In this document: one piece after another, positions 9,101 to 18,512 of the stretch
How positions within the stretch are numbered: position 1 is the stretch's first letter
Layout of the letters: each line of letters opens with the position of its first letter
Assembly (NCBI GenBank): GCA_964418945.1
Contig: CAYQNR010000004.1
Span: 2,156-66,155, forward strand
Reading direction: 5' to 3'
Length of the DNA: 64,000 nucleotides
From: an uncultured Desulfobacteraceae bacterium
GTDB taxonomy: Bacteria > Desulfobacterota > DSM-4660 > Desulfatiglandales > HGW-15
Notes under the pieces: generated by a model
Seen by the model: the letters and a program-made list of their open reading frames with translations, nothing else
Told to the model about the DNA's origin: nothing
Database searches by the model: none
Program-made: the position numbers and the translations under genes

Positions 9101-10911
9101 TATTTTACACCTTCAAGCTCAAGCGCCGCCTGTTCAAGTGCTGATATATCCCGGCCTATTGCCTCCAGGGAATCTCCGGATGGAACATCAATGGATAGTC
9201 TTATTTCATCAGCCTCACTTGCCTCTTCTGATGTTGAACTCACCAATACCCATGGAACAGCTACGATAACAGTAATTAAAACTGCACCTGTTATAACGGC
9301 AAGCCACCCGGCAGGACGACGAAGGGAAATCTTTAACAGGCCTGAAAACAGTTCCCGCCACTTGTCAGGATATACCAGTCCGGCATAAAGTTCTCTCCTC
9401 TTCCGGACTGCATCGAGTCTTGCCAGCGCAGCAGGAGCTGCAAGCTTTCTGCTTAAAAGAGGTACCATCCCGACAGCTACGAGCAGGGATGATACCAGAG
9501 GCAACAGAATAGCGGCGGCAAGTACCTTAAGAAGCCCTCTGATCATTGCGTCCTCAGTTAAAAATGCGATAGGGAGAAACACAATAGCTGTTGTCACTGT
9601 CGCGGCTATGATCGCCCTGATAGTAATCTTTACACCTTCCCCTGCTGCCGCGTCCGGTTCTACTCCCCTTTCAAGCTTGCGCTGAATCGCTTCATACACA
9701 ACTATGCTGTTATCCACCAGCATGCCGATTCCCACAGCAAGACCGATAAGGGTTACTATATTGAGGGTATAACCACCGGTGTATAACATTGCCATGGCAG
9801 CCAAAAGACTGACAGGCACAGACACTGCGACTACACTTACCGCCCTTGGTCGGCGTATGAACAGAAAAAGCACTACAAGGGCAATGATAAATCCGCTGAA
9901 AGCCAGTTTCTTGAGTCGATCAAGCTGTTCTTCCACTGCTTCAGCGCCGTCAAAGCCTATTACAAAATCAATCCCATAGGGATTAAATTCATCCCGCAAA
10001 TCATCAATTCGGGAGCGGAGATCTCTGCCCAGTTTAACAAGATTGGCCCCTTCTTCCTTGAGCACAACAAGACCCACGGAAGGCTTGCTATTTACCCGAA
10101 ACAGCATGTTTGTTCTTCCGGTTCCTCTTGACACATCCGCGACATGGCGTATCAGTACAGGCTTATCCTTGGCTACCCTTATTTCTTCCAGGGCATGGAT
10201 GCCCTTTGGACGACCATCAAGCATTATTGGTGTTCTTTTTGACTCATCTTCCAGCCCTCCCAGGAATCTGAGACGATGAACCGATCGGGTAAGTGATTCT
10301 GTTACATCCCTGGGTGAAATTCCAAGCTCGGCACATTTGTCAGGATTGATACGGACAGTAACTTCCTCTGGCGCGCCTCCCATTACAAAAACAGTACCAA
10401 CACCTGTAACAGCGGCCACCCTGGATTGTATTCTGTCCTCAACAAGGCTTCTAAGGGCATTGTCGTCTGCCCCGCCCAGCACCTGAATGACCATGACAAA
10501 ACGACTTATAATGGAAAAATCCTGCGCTTCAACACTGATTGTTGTTCCCTTTGGCTGGTTTCTTTTAAGTTCAATTGCCAGATGCTGCATTTCCAGTTGA
10601 CGGACTTTGATGTCTGTTCCCGGCTCAAAGCTGACAGTAAAAGAACCCCCGGAACCCCTGACCTCACCCCATGACTCCTTCATTCCGGGGAGTTCGGACG
10701 ACTTTGCCTCTAGAGGAATCAGAATCTCCCGTTCCACGACTTCAGGTTCGCTATTGAGCCTGTTAAAATTTACGTATAATTTGTCACCTTCCAGGTTCGG
10801 AACAAGCTCAACGGGTATTTTCTGCCACCCCACGATTCCCAGCAAAAGAATGGCGGCAAAGAGCATAGATGTGGCAACAGGACGCTGGACAGGGAGGTTG
10901 TACCACTTCAT
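6127..10911 (-). CDS. RND (AcrB-like) transporter fused to an ABC ATP-binding domain
   Basis: Residues 1 to ~1040 are AcrB/HAE-like. Two extra TM helices follow, then DIEVKFLHKIYGR (NBD strand 1), ~4 TM helices, Walker A GPNGAGKT, signature YSGGMRQR and Walker B IIIVDEPT. It is one uninterrupted ORF whose ATGA overlaps the upstream RND stop. Confidence 0.8.
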   Translation of the reverse strand: MKWYNLPVQRPVATSMLFAAILLLGIVGWQKIPVELVPNLEGDKLYVNFNRLNSEPEVVEREILIPLEAKSSELPGMKESWGEVRGSGGSFTVSFEPGTDIKVRQLEMQHLAIELKRNQPKGTTISVEAQDFSIISRFVMVIQVLGGADDNALRSLVEDRIQSRVAAVTGVGTVFVMGGAPEEVTVRINPDKCAELGISPRDVTESLTRSVHRLRFLGGLEDESKRTPIMLDGRPKGIHALEEIRVAKDKPVLIRHVADVSRGTGRTNMLFRVNSKPSVGLVVLKEEGANLVKLGRDLRSRIDDLRDEFNPYGIDFVIGFDGAEAVEEQLDRLKKLAFSGFIIALVVLFLFIRRPRAVSVVAVSVPVSLLAAMAMLYTGGYTLNIVTLIGLAVGIGMLVDNSIVVYEAIQRKLERGVEPDAAAGEGVKITIRAIIAATVTTAIVFLPIAFLTEDAMIRGLLKVLAAAILLPLVSSLLVAVGMVPLLSRKLAAPAALARLDAVRKRRELYAGLVYPDKWRELFSGLLKISLRRPAGWLAVITGAVLITVIVAVPWVLVSSTSEEASEADEIRLSIDVPSGDSLEAIGRDISALEQAALELEGVKYVESIVREDNSSLNIKFVDRDERPEDLTAYRVRSKVREAAKTLKGIEIRSEDTSGEEGGSREGGGNAQLFGQGPSEIVLSGPDTGQLKALAESIKERLESIPEIGRHGVWLSAKPGQDEIQVVPDHFILTGLGLTSDQIMPMLSMLSREGTEMRAGMILDDGREIPLTVRSYETASSRVSYKMEKLKLPTTAGVLPLGLVSDAYKMPPPPMIQHHNGRRELSVFYRFSGSVPKTGPARDALDEEILSMIRSIHLPAGYIVDPPDKEESTSWFKRVFIPMLLLLFAVLAVTFESLTMPVLVLFAVPLTILGSAWALVLTGMPADMMAMAGAVVLLGLTVNPAILLVDRMQQRVLTGSWSAGAAAIAAVRERVRPVLMTTCTTIAGLWPLAIPTGRENEIWPSFAVVVMGGLATSSLLILLVVPMGFVFLNRLDRLFGRLGPWITVLWFGMTAAVMSPLIIFDHISSMTWQIITTLLVAAVILGVIVLLFRRSDIPEPEAEMDIEVKFLHKIYGRPGPVGRAWRSGEHFAERVLARGGKPFLPVDTIQPIITRIVLLSGAGYLAFSLSTTWWRLVFSFTGAVILGQILIQLRRLRGKCDPSGRPDPGGIEHLLAFLVPWVVFILLGIHYYLIPVMAEGNPRLAPLALVLIGALIVYIQGGRKTARDLVAGRITERVGRGFLQRVKTVWRRVSRRLFSLDLPRDEVEALKNVHFRAEKGMIGILGPNGAGKTTLLRTLAGILVPTTGAIDIGGISIKKIRRHLARWIGYLPQDFGLPGNLTGREYLEYYALLYDIGDSLVKKGRVETLIEEVGLSEQADKEIKGYSGGMRQRVAVARTLLRLPPIIIVDEPTVGLDPRERIRFRNLLVKLAENRVVLFSTHVVEDVAVACERVIVLAAGKMVFDGKPSMLAREAEGMVWEFRIRAGEEKNIRKDAMIVDQIPEEDGFYRARALCSEPPFPHARRISPSLQDGYLQLVGYGMERKVSGPSHMESE

Positions 10912-13900
10912 GATTCTGCCCGATTAATACGCAAATGGTCCAAAAGGAGATACAGGCAAGGAATGACAAGAAGAGAAAACAGTGTTGATGTGATGACCCC
11001 TCCGATAATAGTCAGGGCGAGGGGAGCCCTTAACTGCGCTGCCTCACCTACGCCTATCGCGAGGGGCAGAAGGGCCAGCACTGTTGTTGCGGTAGTCATA
11101 AGGATAGGACGAAGCCTTATGGCCGCAGCCCTGGCCAGCGCTTTTTTCCGTTCCAGGCCTTGTGCCATAAGCTGACGTGCGGTCTGGACCATGAGGATGG
11201 CGTCGTTCACGGCAATACCGGACAAAACAATAAGACCCAGAAACTGCATAACTCCAATGGGACGACCGCCCGGAACAAGTACTGCTGCTACACCCACAAG
11301 GGCAAAGGGTATGGAAGCAAGGACAGTGACAGGGTGGACTAGAGACTCAAACGTGCCTGCCAGAACCATGAACACGAGGAGTATAGCTATTATACCTGCC
11401 CATTCCAGTTCACTAAAGGCCTTCTGCCGTTCCTCCTCTTCTCCGGCGAGTTTGATACTCAGCCCCGGACTCAGGTTAATATTTTTTATGACCTTTTCAG
11501 TAACTGCCCTGGCAACCGGGTACTCAACACCTGATGCAACTCTCGCGGTAATCCTGGCTACCCTTCGCTGATCCCTTCGAAATATCTCAAGCGCCCCCTC
11601 TACCGGTACAAAGTCAGCGACATCTCCCACTGTAAGTCGCTCTCCACCGGCAGTAGTAAAGGGGATGGATTTCAGGTCGGGAACATATTTTTTATCCATC
11701 AGAAGAACTACATCCCGTTCCTCATCACCGGTAGACAGTTTTGTGACAGCACGGCCATCAAGGGCAGCTTCAAGTACCCTGGCAAGACTGTCCAGATCAA
11801 TACCAAGACCGTCACAGAGTGTTCGGTTCAGGATGACATGCACTTCAGGCGCGCCACCTTCAAAGGAAGAGCGCACATTCCAGAGCTCAGGCAGTGTCCT
11901 TAATCGTTCAAGAACCTTTTCAGCGCTTTTTCTGAGGTCTATAACTGACTGCCCGGAGATCTCAACCTGGACAGGAGGGCCTGTAGTACCAATGGCCCGT
12001 GAAAGAACGGACGTGCCCAGTTCCCAGGAAACTTCAACATTCGGCAGGGAAGATACTGCTGATGAAGCGGCAGAAACCACCTGGCTCGCTGTTTTACCCT
12101 TTGCTGACAGGTTCACAAGGATTCTTGCCGTATTTTCACCTGTCCTTTCTTCACGTATAAAGTGGTCATCCTCCGGCAGCCTTCCCACCTCAGACAATAT
12201 TGTACGAAGGTCATCTCCTGCCGCTTCCCTGATTATCTCTTCAACAACGGCGGACATATTTTTCGTTGATTCAACACGCTGACCTGGCGGACCCACAATC
12301 CTGAGGGTAAACTGCCTGGGATCAGCAGGGGCAAGGAGTTCGGAGCCCAGGCCTAGCAGGCTGTTGATTGATATTGCAACCAGCAAAAGGCTTATGAATG
12401 TTACGAGAATGGGATGTTTTAACAGACTCAACACAATAGCTTCTATTCTTGCCTTTCCCGGATCAATCTCCCTGGTTTTTCGTCCGGGAAGAAACCATGC
12501 AGCGAGAGCCGGAATCAAGAAAATAGCCACCGCAAGAGAAGCGACAAGAGAGACTACTACAGTAAAGGATATGCCCGATACAAGCCTGGCTGCCAGTCCC
12601 TGAATAAAAAGAACAGGTAAAAACACAACACATGTGGTAAGTGTGCTTGCCACAATCGCCCCTGCGACCAATGCAGCACCTTTTGCAGCCCCCTCTCCCG
12701 GTGAATCGCCCTCTAACCTTCTGCGAAATATACTTTCTATTACAACAATGGCATTATCAACCAGCATCCCGGCACCAAGAGCCATTCCCCCGAGAGTCAT
12801 CAGGTTAAGGCTGTAGCCGGCAAAATGCATGGCAAACAGTGTGGCCATAAGGGATACGGGGACTGCCGAGACAACCACGATTGTTGATCCCAGAGAACGC
12901 AGGAAAAAGGTCAGTACAATGACAGCGAGAATAATACCTATAACAGCGGCGCCTTCAACATCATTAATCGCATCCTCAACCAGAGCCGCCTCATCGCTGA
13001 CTATTCTGAATTCAATATTTTTGAGATCAGTGTTCAGATTTTCAATGGATTCCCTTACGCTTCGGGAAACCTTTACAGTATTGGCTCCTGCCTCCTTATA
13101 AATGGAAAGACTGACTCCTTCCTGACCGTCTACGAGGACCAGATCACTTATCTCCTTCTCAGCGAGAACAACCCGGCCAAGGTCTCCGACCCTCACAGGA
13201 ACCTGCTTGTTTTCCGAATCCCGGTCATACTTGACCAGTACCTGCGTTATATCCTTGACATCCCTGAATCTGGATAAACCTCTTACAAGGTAAACTCTGT
13301 CTCCCTCCTCCAGGGTTCCTGCGTTAATATCCAGGTTTGATGCTTTAATGCGCTGTTCGAGCACTGCCATGGTTACGCCGTGCGCTTCCATCAAATATCT
13401 GTCCAGGAGGATCCTGACTTCCTCTTCACGACCTCCTGTAACACGTACTTCTGCCACCCCTTCAAGCTGTTCAAGGGCAGGAGCAAACTGGCGTTTTGCT
13501 ATGCGGCGCAGTTCAGTAAGGTTGGGAATTCCATCCGGGGCGACAAGTCCCAAAGAAAGGACAGGCAACTGGCGTGGGTCCTGACGCCGGACAAGAACTT
13601 CATCAACATCAGGATCTGCGGCAATGGGATTTACCGCCTTCTGTACATCCACAAGGGCAAGGTCCATATCCGAGTGCCAGTCGAATGTTACCCTGACAAT
13701 AAGGTTTCCGGATCTGGCCACCTGGTTGATTGCCCTGATTCCCCTGACTGTAAACAGGCGTTGCTCAACCTGCTCACCGTAAAGGCGTTCCATTTCAGTC
13801 GGGGGACGGTCACCGGAACGTATCGCGACCAGTACTGTAGGGCTCTGAATGTCAGGAAGGAGATCCAGGGGCAGCTCTTTCCAGGATATCCATCCAAGCA

Positions 13901-13970
13901 TTACTATCGCCGCAGCAACTACGGTTACTGCCACGGGTCGTTTTGTCGCGTAGCGTGCTAGAATATACAT
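10908..13970 (-). CDS. RND efflux transporter permease (AcrB family)
   Basis: 1020 aa with a canonical AcrB-like N-terminus and 12-TM organisation. Confidence 0.9.
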   Translation of the reverse strand: MYILARYATKRPVAVTVVAAAIVMLGWISWKELPLDLLPDIQSPTVLVAIRSGDRPPTEMERLYGEQVEQRLFTVRGIRAINQVARSGNLIVRVTFDWHSDMDLALVDVQKAVNPIAADPDVDEVLVRRQDPRQLPVLSLGLVAPDGIPNLTELRRIAKRQFAPALEQLEGVAEVRVTGGREEEVRILLDRYLMEAHGVTMAVLEQRIKASNLDINAGTLEEGDRVYLVRGLSRFRDVKDITQVLVKYDRDSENKQVPVRVGDLGRVVLAEKEISDLVLVDGQEGVSLSIYKEAGANTVKVSRSVRESIENLNTDLKNIEFRIVSDEAALVEDAINDVEGAAVIGIILAVIVLTFFLRSLGSTIVVVSAVPVSLMATLFAMHFAGYSLNLMTLGGMALGAGMLVDNAIVVIESIFRRRLEGDSPGEGAAKGAALVAGAIVASTLTTCVVFLPVLFIQGLAARLVSGISFTVVVSLVASLAVAIFLIPALAAWFLPGRKTREIDPGKARIEAIVLSLLKHPILVTFISLLLVAISINSLLGLGSELLAPADPRQFTLRIVGPPGQRVESTKNMSAVVEEIIREAAGDDLRTILSEVGRLPEDDHFIREERTGENTARILVNLSAKGKTASQVVSAASSAVSSLPNVEVSWELGTSVLSRAIGTTGPPVQVEISGQSVIDLRKSAEKVLERLRTLPELWNVRSSFEGGAPEVHVILNRTLCDGLGIDLDSLARVLEAALDGRAVTKLSTGDEERDVVLLMDKKYVPDLKSIPFTTAGGERLTVGDVADFVPVEGALEIFRRDQRRVARITARVASGVEYPVARAVTEKVIKNINLSPGLSIKLAGEEEERQKAFSELEWAGIIAILLVFMVLAGTFESLVHPVTVLASIPFALVGVAAVLVPGGRPIGVMQFLGLIVLSGIAVNDAILMVQTARQLMAQGLERKKALARAAAIRLRPILMTTATTVLALLPLAIGVGEAAQLRAPLALTIIGGVITSTLFSLLVIPCLYLLLDHLRINRAES

Positions 13971-13974
13971 GGGA

Positions 13975-15075
13975 TCAGGTAGTCCCTGTTACACGAACCC
14001 GGGTCTGGTCAGTAAGTGTTTCAAGCCCCCGGGTGACAACCCGTTCACCGACTGACAGACCTTCCCGGATTTCCACAATAGAATCATCACCAAGTCCCAG
14101 TACCACTTCTTTCATAGCAACTCTCTGGCCTTTAAGGACAAAAACCACCCACTTGCCACCCCGGTCTGTTACTGACTCCCGGGGCACATATGGGACACCT
14201 TTTCTCTGTTCCTTGATTATAATCACCTCAACAAACATCCCGGGCCTGAGTTTTTCCTGACTATTATCCACCTCTACTTCGGCCCTTAGTGCCCGGGTTA
14301 CAGGATCAATCACAGGATCAAGGCGGACTACCTTGCCCGGAAATATCTCATTTTCCCAGGCATAATGCAGAATTCTTGCCTGAAGTCCTTCCTTTACCTT
14401 TGCCACATCCTGACCCACCAGATCCACATCCGCTATAAGAACGCTGGTAGGGGCGATTCTGGCTACTTCTAAGCCGGGATTGACAAACTGACCCACAGCC
14501 AGGGGCTGGTTCTGGTTGTCCCTGTCCCTTGCCAGCCTGAGGATGACACCGTCTATGGGAGTAGCCAGCAGGTTGCGTTTTTCTGAATTCAGGCTTCGTT
14601 CATACTCCAGCCTTGCATCTTCAAGACCGGACTGCTTGGTGAGTAATTCCGATTTACTTTTAAATCCCTCTTCGTACAGTTTTTTTGCTGCTTCATATTC
14701 ATCTTTTGCTGTCAGAAATTTCTGATAATTTGCCTTTGTTCTTGCGGCCAGGCGTACATCCTCTCCCGTGATCCTGGCAATAACATCACCGGCCTTTACC
14801 CTGTCTCCTTCCTGATAGCGTCGTCCACTCTCATTTGTGAGAAATTCCAGGATACCCCCGGTCTCCACTTCAAGACGTGCCATTTTTTTTGCGCGCAGTG
14901 TTCCGGTTGCAGTAATCCTGTCCTCAACATCGGTAATTCCTACATCCGTGACAGTTACAGGGACCAGAAAATCAATTTCATCAACAGGATTTTCACCTGT
15001 ACAGCCTGAAAGGCAGACCAATACAGATGAAAGAATCAAAATAAGCAACCCGAAAAAGACATGTCTTTTATTCAT
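13975..15075 (-). CDS. Periplasmic adaptor (MFP/HlyD family) lipoprotein
   Basis: Lipobox LSGC, with barrel-sandwich, coiled-coil and beta-barrel sequence pattern. It lies directly upstream of the RND genes. Confidence 0.85.
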   Translation of the reverse strand: MNKRHVFFGLLILILSSVLVCLSGCTGENPVDEIDFLVPVTVTDVGITDVEDRITATGTLRAKKMARLEVETGGILEFLTNESGRRYQEGDRVKAGDVIARITGEDVRLAARTKANYQKFLTAKDEYEAAKKLYEEGFKSKSELLTKQSGLEDARLEYERSLNSEKRNLLATPIDGVILRLARDRDNQNQPLAVGQFVNPGLEVARIAPTSVLIADVDLVGQDVAKVKEGLQARILHYAWENEIFPGKVVRLDPVIDPVTRALRAEVEVDNSQEKLRPGMFVEVIIIKEQRKGVPYVPRESVTDRGGKWVVFVLKGQRVAMKEVVLGLGDDSIVEIREGLSVGERVVTRGLETLTDQTRVRVTGTT

Positions 15076-15089
15076 TCGCTCTCCTTCTG

Positions 15090-18000
15090 TTAATCGCCCT
15101 TTGAGGGTGTCCAGCGTATTGCATCCGCGACAACAAGCTGTCCCTTTGTTCTATCAGAAAGTTCAACAGTCACTTTCCCTTCGGGAAGGTTCAGTTTTTC
15201 TGCCAGGTTCCATCCTTGAATTCCCGCCTCTGAATCAAACTCTATTTTATGCTGATCTCCATTACTGTCACTTACTGTAATATACCATGTACCATACCGT
15301 CTATTCATAAAACCGGTTTTCACAGGCAGATGCAGTTCAAGATCCCATGCGCCATCGTTTGGCAGGGAGGTCGAAAATAAGGCCCTCTTACTGCCTTTAC
15401 CCGGTCTTATTATCGCGAAAGTATGGCGATAGGTTCCCCAGGCTGTTGTTTCTGCTATGCGAGACCATTCACCGGGAACAGGTAACGCCAAAATGTTTGA
15501 AGCTATGTAGGGCAGCCCTTGATCTGTTTCCTCATCACTGTTATTACGTGCTTTTAAGCGCAACCCCTTTTTTTCTTCCTCTTCTGTGATTTCAAAACCT
15601 TTATCCAGATCATCAACAACAATTGAATTATCAACCGGAAGAGTCCACGGGATTTCCTCAATCCCTTTTATGGGATCCTTGTTAACAATCTTATCATGAT
15701 CAAAAAAATTGACGTTTATTAGGAAAATCATCCTGTTAAGCGACAGATACGGTTCCAGAAAATAGCTGTCTGGAAGCCTGGATAGAATCGTGCCGTATTG
15801 AAGCGAGTGCTTTCCTGCAAGCCTGATGGACTCACTTGTTGCAAGTTCAAAATTATTCGATTCTCCCGGATATAGATATACAAAACGAAAAACTCCTGGT
15901 ACGGGCTCATCATTTCTTACGGTAAACAACAGCTGATACTGCGGACTTCCATTCTCATCATCAGGAATTCGATAACCTTTTGCCTCGGAAACAACAAAGC
16001 CCGGCAGTTCGGCGCTACCAATCCAGTCACCAAACAACTCGTTAAAGTCATATCCCAGATCTTTTCCGACCTTTATCATATCATCAACAGAAAAACATTG
16101 GCCTTGGTGATTATTGCGAATAATTGAAAGGAGTGTGGCTGTTTTTTCCCGGCCAAGTACATCCAGTATAGCCTGGGATATGGCATAGCCCTTTAATGTA
16201 AGGACATCCACCGTATCTGCAGGGTCCTTCCAGGGATCCATGTCTTTCAGGGAAACCTCGAGGGCCTTTTCCCATACTGCAGGTCGTGATGTCATTGCCC
16301 TGATAGTAGCATCGGAAAAAGATACACCTAAAGAGCTGGTCTGGATGTAGTTCAATAATACCGAGGTAATGATAGAACTAATTTTGCTTCCGGCTGAGTA
16401 GATATGCGCGGAAAAATAACCCTTTGTGTCCGCGATCAGAAGCCCGGAAAGTGTTTCCATTACAAAATTGAGGGCAAGGCTTTCGGGCCCCACAGCAGAG
16501 GTCTGGTACAGGAAAAAATTTCGTGGTGCCCCTGTTAAGATATTCCCCCCGGAGAAATCATTCTTAAAAAAGGTCTGAAGCCTTTCCCATTTTGCCTGGG
16601 CTATGCCTCCTTCTCTGTCCTTATACCTTTTAGGATTTCTGAAAGCCGAATCAAAACGCGCTGTTGGCAGGGATAACTCCCTCAGCAGTAATAGGCCCGG
16701 AGGAAACTGGACCGTATCAAGCCGCCATCCGCCTCCATATGCCCGTAAACAGGTCGGTACCTCTACCACTGTAAAACCGTCGTAGGGATACCCCAATCCC
16801 ATCTCCTTCGCCTCTTTTAATCTATCACCTGCCCATTCGCGTATTTTATCACCGGTCTCTGCAAGTACCTCAATGTTCTTCATATGTTTTTTAGAGATTA
16901 ACACTTCCATTAAAACATTATCCACTTCAAAGGAGCGGCTTTCAAACCGTGATGCGATCAGTGCAACCTCCGGTACCTGAGATGGAGGTGAAAAACGGAA
17001 CACATTAAATCCATTTCTTTCTTCCACCTTTTGTCGTCTGCCAGGTCCTGCAACAAGCCATGTTTCCGGAAGCTCAACCAAAAGGTCCACATTAAAAAAA
17101 TCCGTAGCCCGTTCTCGCGGGTCATTACGTCCCTTTTCAGGCCCGGACGCGGGCAGCCATCGAGCAGCAGGCATTAATGCAACAAAACCTGAATTGAAGA
17201 TAATATTTTCAGTTCCGAGCAGGGCAATATTGTTACTATTCAGAACACTCATCTCCTGAATATTCATCGCGCTCTTGAGATACGCAAAGTTTTTATCGGG
17301 CAGACCTTCAACATGCAGGAGTACAACTGTTTCTTCACCGGGGGAAAGAATTTCAGGCAGTGAGATCTCGAGCAATCCGTTATTGTGGATGAAATCTATC
17401 GGGTTACCTGTAATATCAAGGACCTTTGTTACCTTTTGGCCCGGGTTGAGGGTAAAGAGGGCCTTTTTTAACGAGTTATCTTCAGGCGCGCAGAACCTGA
17501 TATCGAGATCGAGATCCAGTTTTTCCCCGGGAATGATCTTTACTTTTCCGGAGACAGTTTTAAGATCAGGCACAGGCTCCTGGCTATATTTGCCATGTGC
17601 TTCATACCACAATTCCTGGTTTCTTATAGCTTTTACATCATTAGAATACACAAAACCTAAAAGGCCGGCTGCTATAATAACAATTGCCGTTCCCACGATA
17701 GCAAGTTTTGCGCGAGAACCGTCATCAAGCCGTGGATGAACGGCAGCGCTGACACCCAGTATACCAAGGGAGGCAATGAGTATGGCTATTCGATGCAGCA
17801 GAGCGTCAGCGTCGCTAATGAGGGGAACTAGTTCCGAGGGAAAATTCATCTGGAACATCCCGTAAATATCAAATATTTGGGCTTTATAGAAGGGGAGCTT
17901 TGATATTGCCCAGACATCAAGTCCCATAAGTATAAGAAGAATAACAGCCGAGACCAACCTGTTGCGTACAAGTAAAGTGATCATGAATACAACTGATAGC

Positions 18001-18512
18001 ACAAATGCCAGACATGGAAGGCTCATAAAAAAAACAAAGGCCAGAAGTGAGTACAGTTCAACAGGTTCACCGATCGGGGAACCTACGCCCTTAAGAAGCA
18101 GTCCTAAAAGCTCAAGGAAAACCACCAGTATCAGGATAGGCACCCAGGCAGGGATAAGGATGCCCAGGAAACGGCCTGCCACAAGCTCCAGGTTTGTATA
18201 GGGACGGGAATCAAGAACTTCCATAATCCGTTCTCTCCTGTCCCTTGCCCTGACATCAAATGCCAGGAACACCACCCCCACAGAATAGATCAGCAGGTAG
18301 TACATTCCTATAAAACTAACCAGAAACTTTGGGCAGATAAGCCCGGCGGTCGCGGAATTTGTTGAAAAGATGCCGTGAAGAATTGAGTAATATAAAAACG
18401 CAATAAGTACAATCAGGGAAGAAAAGGAAAGGAATACCCAGTAACGCACAAGGCGTCTTGTGACACGGGTTTCAGCCTGGGCAATAGACCAAACCGGTTT
18501 CATATCAAGCAT
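15090..18512 (-). CDS. ABC-2-type permease fused to a ~800-aa extracytoplasmic domain
   Basis: The N-terminal ~300 aa are multi-TM. The rest is a large soluble region ending ...LVVADAIRWTPSKGD. The start overlaps the ATPase stop. Confidence 0.75.
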   Translation of the reverse strand: MLDMKPVWSIAQAETRVTRRLVRYWVFLSFSSLIVLIAFLYYSILHGIFSTNSATAGLICPKFLVSFIGMYYLLIYSVGVVFLAFDVRARDRRERIMEVLDSRPYTNLELVAGRFLGILIPAWVPILILVVFLELLGLLLKGVGSPIGEPVELYSLLAFVFFMSLPCLAFVLSVVFMITLLVRNRLVSAVILLILMGLDVWAISKLPFYKAQIFDIYGMFQMNFPSELVPLISDADALLHRIAILIASLGILGVSAAVHPRLDDGSRAKLAIVGTAIVIIAAGLLGFVYSNDVKAIRNQELWYEAHGKYSQEPVPDLKTVSGKVKIIPGEKLDLDLDIRFCAPEDNSLKKALFTLNPGQKVTKVLDITGNPIDFIHNNGLLEISLPEILSPGEETVVLLHVEGLPDKNFAYLKSAMNIQEMSVLNSNNIALLGTENIIFNSGFVALMPAARWLPASGPEKGRNDPRERATDFFNVDLLVELPETWLVAGPGRRQKVEERNGFNVFRFSPPSQVPEVALIASRFESRSFEVDNVLMEVLISKKHMKNIEVLAETGDKIREWAGDRLKEAKEMGLGYPYDGFTVVEVPTCLRAYGGGWRLDTVQFPPGLLLLRELSLPTARFDSAFRNPKRYKDREGGIAQAKWERLQTFFKNDFSGGNILTGAPRNFFLYQTSAVGPESLALNFVMETLSGLLIADTKGYFSAHIYSAGSKISSIITSVLLNYIQTSSLGVSFSDATIRAMTSRPAVWEKALEVSLKDMDPWKDPADTVDVLTLKGYAISQAILDVLGREKTATLLSIIRNNHQGQCFSVDDMIKVGKDLGYDFNELFGDWIGSAELPGFVVSEAKGYRIPDDENGSPQYQLLFTVRNDEPVPGVFRFVYLYPGESNNFELATSESIRLAGKHSLQYGTILSRLPDSYFLEPYLSLNRMIFLINVNFFDHDKIVNKDPIKGIEEIPWTLPVDNSIVVDDLDKGFEITEEEEKKGLRLKARNNSDEETDQGLPYIASNILALPVPGEWSRIAETTAWGTYRHTFAIIRPGKGSKRALFSTSLPNDGAWDLELHLPVKTGFMNRRYGTWYITVSDSNGDQHKIEFDSEAGIQGWNLAEKLNLPEGKVTVELSDRTKGQLVVADAIRWTPSKGD

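Noticed and set aside
15090-18512. Active M1 aminopeptidase domain on the giant permease
   Set aside because: No HExxH zinc-binding motif is present anywhere in the 1140 aa, so I do not call peptidase activity.
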